Positions 26,361 to 40,839 of a stretch of 64,000 nt of DNA are shown here, piece after piece. The DNA comes from an endosymbiont of Galathealinum brachiosum (GTDB lineage Bacteria > Pseudomonadota > Gammaproteobacteria > SZUA-229). Positions within the stretch are counted from its first letter, which is position 1. Each line of letters begins with the position of its first letter. The position numbers were made by a program, and so were the translations under genes. Under the pieces are notes generated by a model. That model was not told where the DNA came from and did no database searches. It saw nothing but the letters and a program-made list of their open reading frames with translations. Location: the NCBI GenBank assembly GCA_003349885.1, contig QFXC01000011.1:449977-513976 (forward strand), read 5' to 3'.

Positions 26361-28232
26361 ATGTTCTATAACGAATCCTACGATGTAATTGTGATTGGCG
26401 GTGGCCATGCGGGCACAGAGGCCGCGCTGGCAGCTGCTCGTATGGGATCAAAAACACTGTTACTCACCCATAATATTGAAACACTAGGCATAATGAGCTG
26501 TAATCCGGCTATCGGGGGCATCGGTAAAGGGCATTTGGTTAAAGAAATTGATGCCATGGGTGGCATTATGGCGAAAGCGGCGGATAAGGGCGGCATCCAG
26601 TTTCGCACCTTAAATAGCAGCAAAGGCCCCGCAGTTCGTGCGACCCGTGCACAGGCTGATCGTCAGTTATATCGTCAGGCGATTCGCATTGCGCTTGAAA
26701 CTCAACCTAATCTGTCTATCTTTCAACAGGCGGTAGAAGACCTGATTATTGAAAATGACCAGGTTGTGGGTGTGGTTACACAAATGGGGCTTAATTTTAA
26801 ATGTAAATCTGCCATATTAACGGTAGGTACATTTCTGGATGGCTTGATTCATATTGGTCAAAGCAATCATTCTGGTGGACGTGCAGGTGATCCGCCTTCA
26901 ATTTCATTATCAAAACGCCTGCGTGATTTACCTTTTAGAGTGAGTCGTTTAAAAACCGGTACGCCACCGCGTATTGATACCCGGTCTATTGATTATAGTG
27001 ACTTACAGGAGCAGCCCGGTGATACACCAACGCCTGTATTTTCAATAACCGGTACAGTTGAGGATCATCCGCGACAGATTTCCTGTCATATCACCCATAC
27101 TAATGCCAATACACATGACATTATTCGAGGTGGTTTAGATCGCTCACCAATGTATTCTGGTGTGATAGAAGGGGTTGGTCCAAGATACTGTCCGTCAATT
27201 GAAGATAAAGTGGTGCGTTTTGCGGATAAAGATTCACACCAGATATTTATTGAGCCGGAAGGTTTAAACAGTTTTGAAGTTTATCCAAACGGCATTTCAA
27301 CCAGTTTACCTTTCGATGTACAAATGGATCTTGTGCGATCAATGAAAGGGTTTGAAAATGCGTTTATAACACGCCCCGGTTATGCCATTGAATATGATTT
27401 CTTTGACCCCCGTGATTTAAAGCCAAGTTTAGAAACACGATTTATAAATGGTTTATATTTTGCGGGTCAGATCAATGGAACAACCGGTTATGAAGAAGCC
27501 GCAGCACAGGGTATGACGGCGGCCATTAATGCCAGCTTAAAGATTCAGGAAAAAGATGCCTGGTCACCGAGAAGAGATCAGGCATACATTGGTGTACTAG
27601 TTGATGACTTAATCACGAATGGTACGCAGGAGCCTTATCGCATGTTTACATCACGCGCGGAATATAGATTATTATTACGTGAAGATAATGCAGATTTACG
27701 TTTGTCAGAAACCGCGCATGAAATGGGTTTATTAAGTGAATATCAGTGGCAATTATTTAATGAAAAACGTGAAGCGATTGAACAAGAGCAACAGCGTTTA
27801 AAAGACATGTGGATTCAACCCACATCAAATGCAGCAAAATCATTGGAAGCGGTTTTAGCCAAGCCTTTAAGTAAAGAATCACGTGCACTGGATTTACTCA
27901 AGCGCCCTGAAATGGATTATGAAAAACTCACACAGGTTGCAGAAATTGGCCCTGCCGTGAGTGATGCAAGAGTTGCTGAACAGGTTCAGATTCAGGTTAA
28001 ATATGAAGGTTATTTAAACCGTCAAAAAGAAGAGATTGAAAAAGCACGACGTTACGAAGATAAAAATATTCCTGAAAAAATTGAGTATGATCAGGTAAAA
28101 GGCCTGTCGAATGAAGTGCGTCAGAAACTGATTGATCATCGTCCAGCAACGCTGGGGCAGGCGGGTAGAATATCGGGTGTAACACCCGCGGCAATTTCAC
28201 TTTTATTAGTCCATCTTAAAAAGAAATCATAA
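26361..28232 (+). CDS. mnmG: tRNA uridine-5-carboxymethylaminomethyl modification enzyme MnmG (GidA)
   Basis: [50 protein letters not shown]. Confidence 0.99.
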   Translation: MFYNESYDVIVIGGGHAGTEAALAAARMGSKTLLLTHNIETLGIMSCNPAIGGIGKGHLVKEIDAMGGIMAKAADKGGIQFRTLNSSKGPAVRATRAQADRQLYRQAIRIALETQPNLSIFQQAVEDLIIENDQVVGVVTQMGLNFKCKSAILTVGTFLDGLIHIGQSNHSGGRAGDPPSISLSKRLRDLPFRVSRLKTGTPPRIDTRSIDYSDLQEQPGDTPTPVFSITGTVEDHPRQISCHITHTNANTHDIIRGGLDRSPMYSGVIEGVGPRYCPSIEDKVVRFADKDSHQIFIEPEGLNSFEVYPNGISTSLPFDVQMDLVRSMKGFENAFITRPGYAIEYDFFDPRDLKPSLETRFINGLYFAGQINGTTGYEEAAAQGMTAAINASLKIQEKDAWSPRRDQAYIGVLVDDLITNGTQEPYRMFTSRAEYRLLLREDNADLRLSETAHEMGLLSEYQWQLFNEKREAIEQEQQRLKDMWIQPTSNAAKSLEAVLAKPLSKESRALDLLKRPEMDYEKLTQVAEIGPAVSDARVAEQVQIQVKYEGYLNRQKEEIEKARRYEDKNIPEKIEYDQVKGLSNEVRQKLIDHRPATLGQAGRISGVTPAAISLLLVHLKKKS

Positions 28233-28260
28233 AAAATATTTTTTATTTTTAGGAATATAA

Positions 28261-28788
28261 ATGCCATTTACACCATTTCACATGGGGCCTGGAATATTAA
28301 TTAAAGCCCTATTTCAAGGTGGTTTTAGTTTAATGATATTTGGTTGGTCACAAATTGTAATGGATATTCAGCCATTAATAGTTTTATTGACGCATGAAGG
28401 TCACTTGCATGGTTTTTCACACACTTATATTGGTGCGACACTACTGGCGATTTTCTCAGCTTTATCTGGAAAATATCTTTCTGAACTGGTTTTACGTTGG
28501 CTTGATATAACAAATGGTGATAAACCGATAATAATTGTCTGGTGGATTAGTTTTATTAGTGCGTTTATTGGCACATATAGTCATGTGTTATTAGATAGTT
28601 TAATGCATGCTGATTTACAGCCATATTACCCATTTAGCAATGTTAATCATTTGTTAGGTTTGTTAAATAATGAACAAATATATTTGTTATGTATTATTAC
28701 AGCGATAACCGGTGTGATAATTTATTTCACGATTATTTTTTTATGTAAGAAGCCAAATCCTTTTAAAAAAATATTTAAAGTCCGATGA
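28261..28788 (+). CDS. Membrane metal-dependent hydrolase-like protein (DUF4184-like)
   Basis: MPFTPFH, MDIQP, LHGFSHT, SHVLLDSLMH. Confidence 0.75.
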   Translation: MPFTPFHMGPGILIKALFQGGFSLMIFGWSQIVMDIQPLIVLLTHEGHLHGFSHTYIGATLLAIFSALSGKYLSELVLRWLDITNGDKPIIIVWWISFISAFIGTYSHVLLDSLMHADLQPYYPFSNVNHLLGLLNNEQIYLLCIITAITGVIIYFTIIFLCKKPNPFKKIFKVR

Positions 28789-28936
28789 ATTAAATATGTT
28801 TTTATTTCTGCCGGATTAGGACTGGTAATGGCTGGAGTTGAGCAGGCAATAACGAGTAGTGTCGGCATAGCTGAACTCTTTATAGATTAATCGACACAAT
28901 TAAGTTAATAACAAATTTACTATTTAAGGATAAAAG

Positions 28937-29383
28937 ATGATAAAAACTATTGTGATGTTGCTCATATTGATACCTTCTTTTGCTCATGCATCAGAAGAAC
29001 ACACCGTTAAACAAAGTCGCTACAGTGTAGGTGAAACGCTGGATCGATTAGAGCATGTATTAAAAGAGAAAGGCGTGATTATTTTTAGCCGTATTTATCA
29101 TTCTGTGGGCGCTAAAAAAGTGAATATTCCGATGCGGCCGACCCAGTTACTTATTTTTGGTAAACCAGTTGTAGGTTCTCCTTTGATAAATGAAAATCCA
29201 CTGGTTGCGTTGGATCTACCAATGAAGGTGCTGGCATGGCAGGATGAAAAAGGTCAGACCTGGCTGGCTTATCTCAATCCGTCTGAATTGCAGAAACGCC
29301 ATAATATCCAGAATAGAGAGTTAATTAATAAAATGAAAAATGCCTTAAACAATTTAACGAATAAGGCTCTGGGGTATAAATAA
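28937..29383 (+). CDS. DUF302 domain exported protein
   Basis: Signal peptide; LLIFGKP..G.PL...ALDLPMKVLAW. Confidence 0.9.
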   Translation: MIKTIVMLLILIPSFAHASEEHTVKQSRYSVGETLDRLEHVLKEKGVIIFSRIYHSVGAKKVNIPMRPTQLLIFGKPVVGSPLINENPLVALDLPMKVLAWQDEKGQTWLAYLNPSELQKRHNIQNRELINKMKNALNNLTNKALGYK

Positions 29384-29402
29384 ACAGCAATCTGGTATGT
29401 TC

Positions 29403-29498
29403 GGGTCGGAGTCAAGTCTATTAGAGGCATGGTTCAGATTACGCTGTGTTAAGCGGTGCTATCAATTATAATGATATTGAAATATTTGACTCCGCCCC
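29403..29498. repeat. 96-bp element with 13-bp terminal inverted repeats (MITE/REP-like)
   Basis: GGGTCGGAGTCAA (29403-29415) and TTGACTCCGCCCC (29486-29498), 12/13 complementary. Confidence 0.6.
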
Positions 29499-29543
29499 CT
29501 GAGGTGATTTCCCGGGGCGATCCCCGGGGTTCTGGAATAAAAA

Positions 29544-30161
29544 ATGCAAGCAGAAGATAGATTAAAAGAAGGTTTAGATAAGCTGGGTTTGAGTATATCT
29601 GCCGATACTCAGCAAAAATTGATCGATTATTTACAGTTGATGCTGAAGTGGAATAAGGCTTATAACCTGACGGCCATCAGAGAGCTGGACTCTATGGTGA
29701 TTCGACATGTGCTGGATAGTTTGAGCATTATGCCATATATAAATGCCGGACCTGTACTGGATGTGGGAACCGGTCCTGGTCTTCCAGGTATTCCGCTGGC
29801 GTTATGTATGCCCGATTGTCAGTTTGTTTTACTGGACAGTAATGGCAAGAAAACCCGTTTTCTAACCCAGTGTAAAATTGACTTAAAGCTTGAAAACATT
29901 GACATTATCCATAGTCGTGTAGAAGACTATAAGTCGGGTTCTGGCTTCGAAATAATCACCTGTCGAGCCTTTGCGGCATTAAATACTATATTGGATCGTA
30001 CTCAACATCTGTTAACATCAACAACCCGGATCATGGCAATGAAGGGTAAAGATGAGTTGCCGGAGTTGATCGAGGGGTTTGAGCAGCTAGCGCAACATCA
30101 ATTACGGGTGCCCTGGCTGGATGAAGATCGACAGTTAATAGAAATTTGTCGTTCGAAATAA
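29544..30161 (+). CDS. rsmG: 16S rRNA m7G527 methyltransferase RsmG (GidB)
   Basis: KWNKAYNLTA, HVLDSL, DVGTGPGLPG, CRAFA. Confidence 0.98.
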   Translation: MQAEDRLKEGLDKLGLSISADTQQKLIDYLQLMLKWNKAYNLTAIRELDSMVIRHVLDSLSIMPYINAGPVLDVGTGPGLPGIPLALCMPDCQFVLLDSNGKKTRFLTQCKIDLKLENIDIIHSRVEDYKSGSGFEIITCRAFAALNTILDRTQHLLTSTTRIMAMKGKDELPELIEGFEQLAQHQLRVPWLDEDRQLIEICRSK

Positions 30162-30196
30162 GGTTGTAATAAGAGCATCACTAAAGAATTGAATTC

Positions 30197-30985
30197 ATGG
30201 CAAAAATAATAGCAGTAACAAATCAGAAAGGTGGCGTAGGTAAAACTACAACATCGGTTAACCTGGCGGCATCTCTGGCATTAACCAAGAAACGGGTTTT
30301 GCTGGTGGATCTCGATCCTCAGGGCAATGCCACAATGGGTAGTAGTGTCGATAAACACGAGCTTGAAATCAGTGTTCTGGATGTATTACTTGCAGAAGAG
30401 GATATTAAGGACTGTATTCATAAAGTTGAAGAGATCGGTTTTGATGTATTACCCTCAAACAGTGATTTAACTGCTGCTGAAGTAGAGTTGTTAAATGTAG
30501 ACGGACGGGAATCACGTTTAAGAAATGCACTGGCACAGGTAGAGGCGAATTATGATTTTATTATTATCGACTGCCCGCCATCATTGAATATGCTGACCCT
30601 GAATGCACTGGTCTCTGCACAGGGTGTATTAATCCCGATGCAGTGTGAATATTATGCATTAGAAGGCCTGTCATCTTTGATAGAAACCATTGAGCAGGTG
30701 AAAAGCAGTGTTAACCCGAATTTACAGATAGAGGGTTTGTTACGCACTATGTATGATCCTCGCAATAAACTGGCTACAGATGTATCAGCGCAACTTATTG
30801 AGCATTTTGGTGATCGTGTTTATCGAACGGTTGTGCCTCGTAATGTGCGTCTGGCGGAAGCGCCATCTCATGGTGTGCCCGTTTTGAATTATGATAAAAC
30901 CTCACGCGGCGCACTGGCGTATTTTTCTCTGGCGGGTGAAGTCATTCGTAAACAGGTTAAACCAGTTCAACCAGCGGTTGCGTAG
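30197..30985 (+). CDS. parA: Chromosome partitioning ATPase ParA
   Basis: NQKGGVGKTT, DLDPQGN, DCPPSL, RNVRLAEAPSHG. Confidence 0.98.
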   Translation: MAKIIAVTNQKGGVGKTTTSVNLAASLALTKKRVLLVDLDPQGNATMGSSVDKHELEISVLDVLLAEEDIKDCIHKVEEIGFDVLPSNSDLTAAEVELLNVDGRESRLRNALAQVEANYDFIIIDCPPSLNMLTLNALVSAQGVLIPMQCEYYALEGLSSLIETIEQVKSSVNPNLQIEGLLRTMYDPRNKLATDVSAQLIEHFGDRVYRTVVPRNVRLAEAPSHGVPVLNYDKTSRGALAYFSLAGEVIRKQVKPVQPAVA

Positions 30986-31040
30986 ATTCGAGACCCTGAC
31001 CGTTAGAACCATATAAATATAAGCATAAATTAGAGTTAAC

Positions 31041-31949
31041 ATGGTAAAAAAGAAAAGAGGCCTTGGCCGCGGTTTAAATGCGTTATTAGGTAGTGCAGCA
31101 GAAGTAAAAGAACTGACTGACCCCAAACCGGCACCAACAGCACCCGTTGAGGCTCCTGTTGAAACGACTGATAATGGCTTAAGGCATATTGCTGTTGAGC
31201 TTATTCAACGTGGCACCTATCAGCCTCGAGTGCATTTTGAACCTGAAGCACTTCAGGAGCTGGCAGATTCTATTAAAACTCAGGGCGTTATTCAGCCGAT
31301 AGTCGTACGCCCTGTCTCTGCCGGTAAGTTTGAAATAATTGCAGGTGAGCGTCGATGGCGTGCCTGTCAGCTGGCGGGGTTACATGAAGTACCGGCAGTT
31401 GTAAAAGAGTTAAATGATCAGTCTGCAGCAGCGATATCGCTAATTGAAAATATTCAGCGTGAAAACCTTAATCCGCTGGAAGAATCCCGTGCGTTACAAC
31501 GTCTGATAGATGAGTTCGATATGACGCATCAACAGGTTTCAGAGGTGGTGAGTCGCTCCCGTGCCAGTGTTACCAATCTGTTACGCCTTAAAGATTTAAA
31601 TGAAGATGTAAAACTGCTGGTAGATGAGCGCAAGATTGATATGGGGCATGCACGTGCTTTATTGGCATTGACAGGTGCAGAACAAAGCCTGCTTGCAAAT
31701 AAAGCGTCAGCACAGGGCTGGTCGGTAAGAGAAACTGAAAAGCAGGTAAAGCGCCAGTTAAATCCGGCGCCAAAGGTAACAGAGTCATCTGCAAGCATTG
31801 ATCCGGATATCAAACGACTGCAGGAGCAGGTAAGTGAACGCCTGGGTGCGCCGGTTAATGTGCAGCACAAAAGTAATGGCAAGGGTAAATTGGTCATTAA
31901 TTATTCCAGCCTGGATGAACTTGACGGTATTCTTGCAAAAATACAGTAG
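31041..31949 (+). CDS. parB: Chromosome partitioning protein ParB
   Basis: KKRGLGRGL, YQPR, IAGERRWRA, ENIQRENL, HARALL. Confidence 0.98.
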   Translation: MVKKKRGLGRGLNALLGSAAEVKELTDPKPAPTAPVEAPVETTDNGLRHIAVELIQRGTYQPRVHFEPEALQELADSIKTQGVIQPIVVRPVSAGKFEIIAGERRWRACQLAGLHEVPAVVKELNDQSAAAISLIENIQRENLNPLEESRALQRLIDEFDMTHQQVSEVVSRSRASVTNLLRLKDLNEDVKLLVDERKIDMGHARALLALTGAEQSLLANKASAQGWSVRETEKQVKRQLNPAPKVTESSASIDPDIKRLQEQVSERLGAPVNVQHKSNGKGKLVINYSSLDELDGILAKIQ

Positions 31950-32178
31950 TTAAATCCGCATATAAAATACGAATTTATAGGCAAATTACTCGTCCGCGCA
32001 CAAATACGGTGCAAAAGCATTAATTGTTTAATATCAAAGACATGCGGTTGCAAATATGCTCAGTAGTCGGTTGATTTAAAAAGAGCTTAATTGGGAAAAG
32101 CCCTAGAAAGCCCGCTCTATCACCTTCATCACTACATTAGCAATTACTAAATAAACTGGACTTATTCGTACATTAAGG

Positions 32179-32207
32179 TTGACCGGACAGTCGCATCCTC
32201 ATATAAT
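32179..32207 (+). promoter_or_regulatory. Sigma70 promoter of the atp operon
   Basis: TTGACC, 17-nt spacer, TATAAT, followed by GC-rich TTGCGCGCG (stringent-type discriminator). Confidence 0.8.
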
Positions 32208-32249
32208 TTGCGCGCGTTTTCAGACGCGTGAAGAGGGCTTGTTGAACCC

Positions 32250-33507
<1,258 letters not shown>

Positions 33508-33555
33508 ATAGTACTTAAATTAGTGCTATTTTTAGAAAAGATTTTTTGAATTTAA

Positions 33556-33825
<270 letters not shown>

Positions 33826-33896
33826 TTATTCAGTCACTTACCCACTTGTTGGGCAAGACACCTGAACAGTTAACGAAATAGTTACGAGGAATAAAC

Positions 33897-34367
33897 ATGA
33901 ACATCAATGCAACTCTTATCGGACAGTCAATCGCGTTTTTCGTGTTTGTGTGGTTCGTAATGAAGTATGTTTGGCCACCGCTAATTGCAGCGCTGGACGA
34001 ACGTAAAAAGACGATTGCCGATGGACTTGCTGCCGCAGAGCGCGGACAGCATGAGCAAGAGCTAGCTGAAAAAGCAGCTGAGAAACATATTAGAGAAGCC
34101 AAAAATCAGGCATCTGATATTGTGACTCAGGCGCAAAAGCGTGCATCTGAAATTGTTGAAGAAGCGAAAGATACTGCAAAAGAAGAAGCGGGTCGTGTTA
34201 AAACGGCAGCTGAAGCTGAGATTGATCAAGAGATCAATCGTGCAAAAGAAGCGCTGAGACAACAAGTTGCAGGTATCGCAATGGCTGGTGCTGCTAAAGT
34301 CCTTAATCGTGAAGTTAACGAAAGCGCACATAGCGAAATCGTTGATGACATGATTGCCCAGATATAG
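33897..34367 (+). CDS. atpF: ATP synthase F0 subunit b
   Basis: [10 protein letters not shown]...KYVWPP plus coiled coil. Confidence 0.99.
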   Translation: MNINATLIGQSIAFFVFVWFVMKYVWPPLIAALDERKKTIADGLAAAERGQHEQELAEKAAEKHIREAKNQASDIVTQAQKRASEIVEEAKDTAKEEAGRVKTAAEAEIDQEINRAKEALRQQVAGIAMAGAAKVLNREVNESAHSEIVDDMIAQI

Positions 34368-34389
34368 AAAAAGGGTATAGGTAAACACC

Positions 34390-34926
34390 ATGTCTGAATT
34401 TACAACAGCAGCAAGACCATACGCGAAAGCAGCTTTTGAAGTGGCGCAAGCCGAATCGAAGCAGGCGGAATGGTCAGACGCCCTGCAATTTATTGATGCA
34501 GTAGTATGCAACGATGAATTTGCAGCCGTGATTGATAACCCAGCAATGGGTGCTGAAGCTAAAGGTGATATTTTATTAAGTATCTGCGCTGATAAAATTT
34601 CTGATACTCAGAAAAACTTTATCAAAGTTATGGCTGAAAATAGCCGCCTTATGTTAATGCCAGAAATTGTAGTTTTGTTTGAAGCGCTTCGCGCAGCAGC
34701 AGAAAATACGGTTGAAGCAATTGCAACAGCAGCATACGCATTAAGCGATGCACAAGTTCAATCAATGACCGACGCCCTGAAAAAGAAATTAGGCTGTGAA
34801 GTTACGTTATCGACTGAAGTAGATTCGTCGTTAATAGGCGGTGTAATTATTCGCGCAGGCGACTTAGTTATCGATGGTTCAACAAAAGCAAAAATTGAGT
34901 CTCTGACTCAAGCTGTTGGCCATTAA
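34390..34926 (+). CDS. atpH: ATP synthase F1 delta
   Basis: ARPYAKAAF, LIGGVIIRAGDLVIDGS. Confidence 0.99.
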   Translation: MSEFTTAARPYAKAAFEVAQAESKQAEWSDALQFIDAVVCNDEFAAVIDNPAMGAEAKGDILLSICADKISDTQKNFIKVMAENSRLMLMPEIVVLFEALRAAAENTVEAIATAAYALSDAQVQSMTDALKKKLGCEVTLSTEVDSSLIGGVIIRAGDLVIDGSTKAKIESLTQAVGH

Positions 34927-34938
34927 AGAGGAATTAGA

Positions 34939-36480
34939 ATGCAACTGAATCCATCAGAAATCAGTGAACTGATTAAAAAACGAATAGAAAACTTTGAGAC
35001 GGTAGCAGAAGCCCGTACCGAAGGTACTATTGTAAGCATGAGCGACGGTATCGTTCGTATCCACGGATTATCCGAGGCAATGCAGGGCGAGATGATCGAA
35101 CTGCCAGGCGAAACTTATGCATTAGCACTTAACCTGGAGCGCGATTCAGTAGGCGCGGTTGTACTAGGTTCAGACAAGCACCTGAAAGAAGGTGATGTTG
35201 CCAAGTGCACAGGTAAAATTTTAGAAGTACCAACAGGCGATGCACTTTTAGGTCGTGTTGTTGATTCATTAGGCTCACCTATCGACGGTAAAGGCCCAAT
35301 CGAAACAACTACATTCGCACCTATCGAAAAGATTGCACCGGGTGTTATCGAACGTAAGTCAGTTGATCAACCAGTACAAACTGGTTTGAAATCAATCGAT
35401 GCGATGGTACCCATCGGTCGTGGCCAGCGTGAGTTAATCATCGGTGACCGCCAGACAGGTAAAACAGCAGTAGCGTTAGATGCCATCATCAATCAGAAAG
35501 ACACAGGCGTTAAATGTGTATACGTTGCGATTGGTCAGAAAGCATCAACCATTGCTAACCTGGTTCATAAATTAGAAGAGCACGATGCAATGGCTCACAC
35601 TATCATCGTTGCGGCGGCAGCGTCTGATTCTGCGGCTATGCAATATATTGCACCTTACTCTGGTTGTTCAATGGGTGAGTTTTATCGTGACCAAGGCGAA
35701 GATGCACTGATTGTATATGATGATTTAACTAAGCAGGCATGGGCTTACCGTCAGGTATCTCTACTGTTACGTCGTCCACCAGGTCGTGAAGCATATCCAG
35801 GTGACGTTTTCTACTTACACTCTCGTTTATTAGAGCGTGCAGCACGAGTTAATGCTGACTTCGTAGAAAAAGCAACTAACGGTGCTGTAAAAGGTAAGAC
35901 TGGTTCTTTAACTGCTCTTCCTATTATCGAAACACAGGACGGTGACGTTTCTGCATTCGTACCAACCAACGTTATCTCAATTACGGATGGCCAGATCTTC
36001 TTAGAATCTGACTTATTCAATGCAGGTATTCGTCCAGCGATCAATGCAGGTTTATCTGTATCTCGTGTTGGTGGTGCAGCTCAGACTAAGATCATCAAGA
36101 AGTTAGGCGGCGGTGTTCGTTTAGCATTGGCTCAGTATCGTGAACTTGCAGCATTCGCTCAATTCGCATCTGACCTTGATGACGCAACTCGCGCACAGTT
36201 AGCCTTAGGTGAACGTGCGGTTGAGTTAATGAAGCAGGCTCAGTACTCACCTATGGGTGTGGCTGAAATGGGCTTCAGTCTATATGCGATGAATGAAGGT
36301 TATATGGATGATATTGAAGTTAAGGCAGTTCTTAATTTCGAAGCAGCCATGTGGGCTTACGTTAAATCTAATAACGCCGATCTCGTTTCTAAGATAGATG
36401 AAGCGGGTGATTATAATGACGATATTGCTGGTGAAATGAAAACAGCTCTAGACGCATTTAAAGCTAACGGTGTTTGGTAG
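34939..36480 (+). CDS. atpA: ATP synthase F1 alpha
   Basis: [21 protein letters not shown]. Confidence 0.99.
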   Translation: MQLNPSEISELIKKRIENFETVAEARTEGTIVSMSDGIVRIHGLSEAMQGEMIELPGETYALALNLERDSVGAVVLGSDKHLKEGDVAKCTGKILEVPTGDALLGRVVDSLGSPIDGKGPIETTTFAPIEKIAPGVIERKSVDQPVQTGLKSIDAMVPIGRGQRELIIGDRQTGKTAVALDAIINQKDTGVKCVYVAIGQKASTIANLVHKLEEHDAMAHTIIVAAAASDSAAMQYIAPYSGCSMGEFYRDQGEDALIVYDDLTKQAWAYRQVSLLLRRPPGREAYPGDVFYLHSRLLERAARVNADFVEKATNGAVKGKTGSLTALPIIETQDGDVSAFVPTNVISITDGQIFLESDLFNAGIRPAINAGLSVSRVGGAAQTKIIKKLGGGVRLALAQYRELAAFAQFASDLDDATRAQLALGERAVELMKQAQYSPMGVAEMGFSLYAMNEGYMDDIEVKAVLNFEAAMWAYVKSNNADLVSKIDEAGDYNDDIAGEMKTALDAFKANGVW

Positions 36481-36492
36481 CGGAGACTTAGT

Positions 36493-37353
36493 ATGTCCGG
36501 TGCAAAAGAAATACGCGGTAAAATAAAGAGTATTAAAAATACTCAGAAAATTACCAAAGCAATGGAAATGGTAGCCGCTTCTAAAATGCGTAAAGCGCAG
36601 GAAAGAATGCGAGCTAGCCGTCCATATGCTGAGAAAATGCGCAATGTAATTGCCCATTTATCTCAGGCTCATGCGGAAATAAAACATCCGTATATGATCG
36701 AACGTGAAGTGAAGCGTGTTGGTTATATTGTGGTTACATCAGACCGTGGTTTGTGTGGTGGCTTAAACGTTAATATCTTTAAAAAAGCGATTAACGACAT
36801 GAAAGCCTACCATGACAAAGGCGTGGAAATTGATGTAGTGCCGGTTGGTCGTAAAGCGGTTGATTTTTTCAAGCGCAACCCAGGCAACGTAGTTGCTGAG
36901 GCCAGCCAGTTAGGTGATTCACCCCACATTAATGACCTAATAGGTTCTATCAAGGTAATGCTTGATGCATTTACTGACGGTAAAATCGATCAGCTGCATT
37001 TAATTAGCAATACGTTTGTTAATACGATGACGCAAGAGCCAACAGTTTTACAAATGTTACCCGTAAGCGGTTCCACTGATGAAAATTTAAAACATCACTG
37101 GGATTACATTTATGAGCCGGACTCTAAAGAGATTCTTGATGGCCTGCTCATGCGTTTTGTTGAATCACAAGTTTATCAGGGTGTTGTTGAAAACATCGCC
37201 TGTGAAATGTCTGCTCGAATGATTGCCATGAAATCGGCAACGGATAATGCGGGCGATATTATCGGCGAACTTGAAACGGTTTATAACAAAGCGCGTCAGG
37301 CAGCAATTACTCAGGAAATTTCTGAGATTGTTGCAGGTGCATCTGCGGTTTAA
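36493..37353 (+). CDS. atpG: ATP synthase F1 gamma
   Basis: [28 protein letters not shown]. Confidence 0.99.
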   Translation: MSGAKEIRGKIKSIKNTQKITKAMEMVAASKMRKAQERMRASRPYAEKMRNVIAHLSQAHAEIKHPYMIEREVKRVGYIVVTSDRGLCGGLNVNIFKKAINDMKAYHDKGVEIDVVPVGRKAVDFFKRNPGNVVAEASQLGDSPHINDLIGSIKVMLDAFTDGKIDQLHLISNTFVNTMTQEPTVLQMLPVSGSTDENLKHHWDYIYEPDSKEILDGLLMRFVESQVYQGVVENIACEMSARMIAMKSATDNAGDIIGELETVYNKARQAAITQEISEIVAGASAV

Positions 37354-37354
37354 T

Positions 37355-37376
37355 TGTCGACGCGTAAGCGTCGACA
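37355..37376 (+). other. GNRA-capped intercistronic hairpin between atpG and atpD
   Basis: TGTCGACGC-GTAA-GCGTCGACA perfect 9-bp stem. Confidence 0.7.
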
Positions 37377-37389
37377 TAAAAGAATTTAA

Positions 37390-38784
<1,395 letters not shown>

Positions 38785-38795
38785 GGTGAGCTGAT

Positions 38796-39215
38796 ATGGC
38801 TATGACAACACATGTAGATATTGTTTCTGCGGAAAAAGAAATCTGGTCAGGCGAAGCCACTATGGTTTTTGCCCCGGGTATCATGGGTGAATTAGGTATT
38901 GCACCACGTCACACTCCATTACTGACTAAGCTGAAAGCTGGCGAAGTTCGAGTACGTGGACGTGACGGAGAAGATGAGTCTTATTTCATCTCAGGTGGCA
39001 TGCTGGAAATTCAACCACACGTGGTAACAATATTGTCTGATACCGCAGTTCGTGCAGATGATCTGGACGAAGCTGCTGCAATTGAAGCTAAGCAACGCGC
39101 TGAAGAAGCCATGCAGGATCAACATTCTGAAATGGACTTCGCAAAAGCCAGCTCTCAATTAGCTGAAGCCGCTGCAATGGTTGAGACAATCAAGAAGGTG
39201 CGAGGACGTAGATAA
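38796..39215 (+). CDS. atpC: ATP synthase F1 epsilon
   Basis: [23 protein letters not shown]. Confidence 0.99.
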   Translation: MAMTTHVDIVSAEKEIWSGEATMVFAPGIMGELGIAPRHTPLLTKLKAGEVRVRGRDGEDESYFISGGMLEIQPHVVTILSDTAVRADDLDEAAAIEAKQRAEEAMQDQHSEMDFAKASSQLAEAAAMVETIKKVRGRR

Positions 39216-39233
39216 AGCGTTTTTTTACTTTTT

Positions 39234-39262
39234 AAAAAAGCCGGACTTGTTCCGGCTTTTTT
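39234..39262 (+). terminator. Rho-independent terminator of the atp operon
   Basis: AAAAAAGCCGGA-CTTGT-TCCGGCTTTTTT. Confidence 0.9.
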
Positions 39263-39382
39263 ATTGTCTTATAAAAATGCAATTAGTTATAAATGTTGTA
39301 TTATTAGCTTAAATTTAATGCTTCTATTAACAATAAGTAGTTAATAACAATTGATGAAGCTCACATAATGAAAGGAACCCTA

Positions 39383-40741
39383 ATGCCATTAAGTGTAGTA
39401 ATCCTGGCCGCCGGAAAAGGCACACGCATGAAATCAAGCACGCCTAAAGTGCTGCATAAGCTTGCAAATAAACCCCTGGTAGAACATGTCTACGATACTG
39501 CTAAAGAGTTAGGAGCAGAAGAAGTGGTTGTTATATATGGTCATGGTGGCGATCAGGTAATGGAAACCTGCAAACATTTTGATGCTAAATGGGTAGAGCA
39601 GAAAGAGCAGCTAGGCACGGGTCATGCTGTAATGCAGGCATTTGATTCAGTAAATCTAAATAACAATGTTCTGGTTTTATATGGTGATGTGCCTTTAACT
39701 AAAAAAGAAACATTAGAAGACCTGCTTGATGGCTCAGAAGGTAAAGTCGGTTTGCTTTCAGTAAATCTGGATAACCCATTTGGTTATGGCCGTATTTTAC
39801 GCAATGCGGATAACCAGGTAACCGGTATCGTTGAGCAAAAAGATGCAAATGATGAGCAACAAAAGATACAGGAAGTTAATACTGGCATTCTCTCCTGTAA
39901 TGGAGAAACATTAAAAAGATTATTAAATAATATTGATAATAAAAATAGTCAGGGTGAATATTATTTAACAGATATTTTCGAACTGGCAGAAAAAGAAAAT
40001 ATTGCCATCAAAACAGCTCAGCCAAATTCAAGCTATGAAGTTGAAGGTGTTAATAATCGTTTACAATTGGGTACGTTAGAACGAATTTATCAGAGAAATA
40101 TTGCAGATGAACTTATGACTAATGGTGTTGCACTGGCAGATCCTGCTCGTATAGATATACGTGGTAATGCTGATATCAGTAACGATGTATATATAGACAT
40201 AAATGCAGTGATTGAAGGTAATGTAAAAATTGGTTCTGGAACAAATATAGGTCCAAATTGTGTAATAATTAATTCAATCATTGGTGAAAATGTAAATATA
40301 AAAGCCAATTGTGTTTTAGAGAATGCAATTGTTGAAAATAATTGCGAAGTAGGTCCATACGCTCGATTAAGACCAGAAGCGCATTTAAGTGAAAATGCTA
40401 AAGTGGGAAACTTTGTAGAAATTAAAAAAGCAAATATTGGTGTTGGAAGTAAAGTAAATCATCTCTCCTATATTGGTGATACAGAAATGGGTTCAAATGT
40501 TAATGTTGGCGCCGGAACCATAACCTGTAATTATGACGGTGCAAATAAACACAAAACAATTATTGGCGATAATGTATTTGTAGGCTCAGATACTCAGTTA
40601 GTTGCCCCTGTTAATATTGCTGATGGAGCAACGATTGGTGCAGGAGCGACAGTAACTAAAGATGTATCTGAAGGGGAATTAGTGATAAGTCGTTCACCAC
40701 AGAAAAGTATTCCAGGATGGGAACGCCCTACAAAAAAATAA
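39383..40741 (+). CDS. glmU: Bifunctional UDP-GlcNAc pyrophosphorylase / acetyltransferase GlmU
   Basis: [23 protein letters not shown], hexapeptide repeats, NYDG; ATG 39383 likely. Confidence 0.99.
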   Translation: MPLSVVILAAGKGTRMKSSTPKVLHKLANKPLVEHVYDTAKELGAEEVVVIYGHGGDQVMETCKHFDAKWVEQKEQLGTGHAVMQAFDSVNLNNNVLVLYGDVPLTKKETLEDLLDGSEGKVGLLSVNLDNPFGYGRILRNADNQVTGIVEQKDANDEQQKIQEVNTGILSCNGETLKRLLNNIDNKNSQGEYYLTDIFELAEKENIAIKTAQPNSSYEVEGVNNRLQLGTLERIYQRNIADELMTNGVALADPARIDIRGNADISNDVYIDINAVIEGNVKIGSGTNIGPNCVIINSIIGENVNIKANCVLENAIVENNCEVGPYARLRPEAHLSENAKVGNFVEIKKANIGVGSKVNHLSYIGDTEMGSNVNVGAGTITCNYDGANKHKTIIGDNVFVGSDTQLVAPVNIADGATIGAGATVTKDVSEGELVISRSPQKSIPGWERPTKK

Positions 40742-40839
40742 TTAATATAGAGCGCTATAGGAAAGAGGTGTGTAGGTAATTATTTTAGTAACCATACAGA
40801 ATAAGTGCTTACATAACTCAGCTTCAAGTTCGGAAAAAT

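Noticed and set aside
28789-28890. Short hydrophobic open frame after the DUF4184-like gene
   Set aside because: No proper start or RBS at its beginning and only about 34 codons; not supportable.
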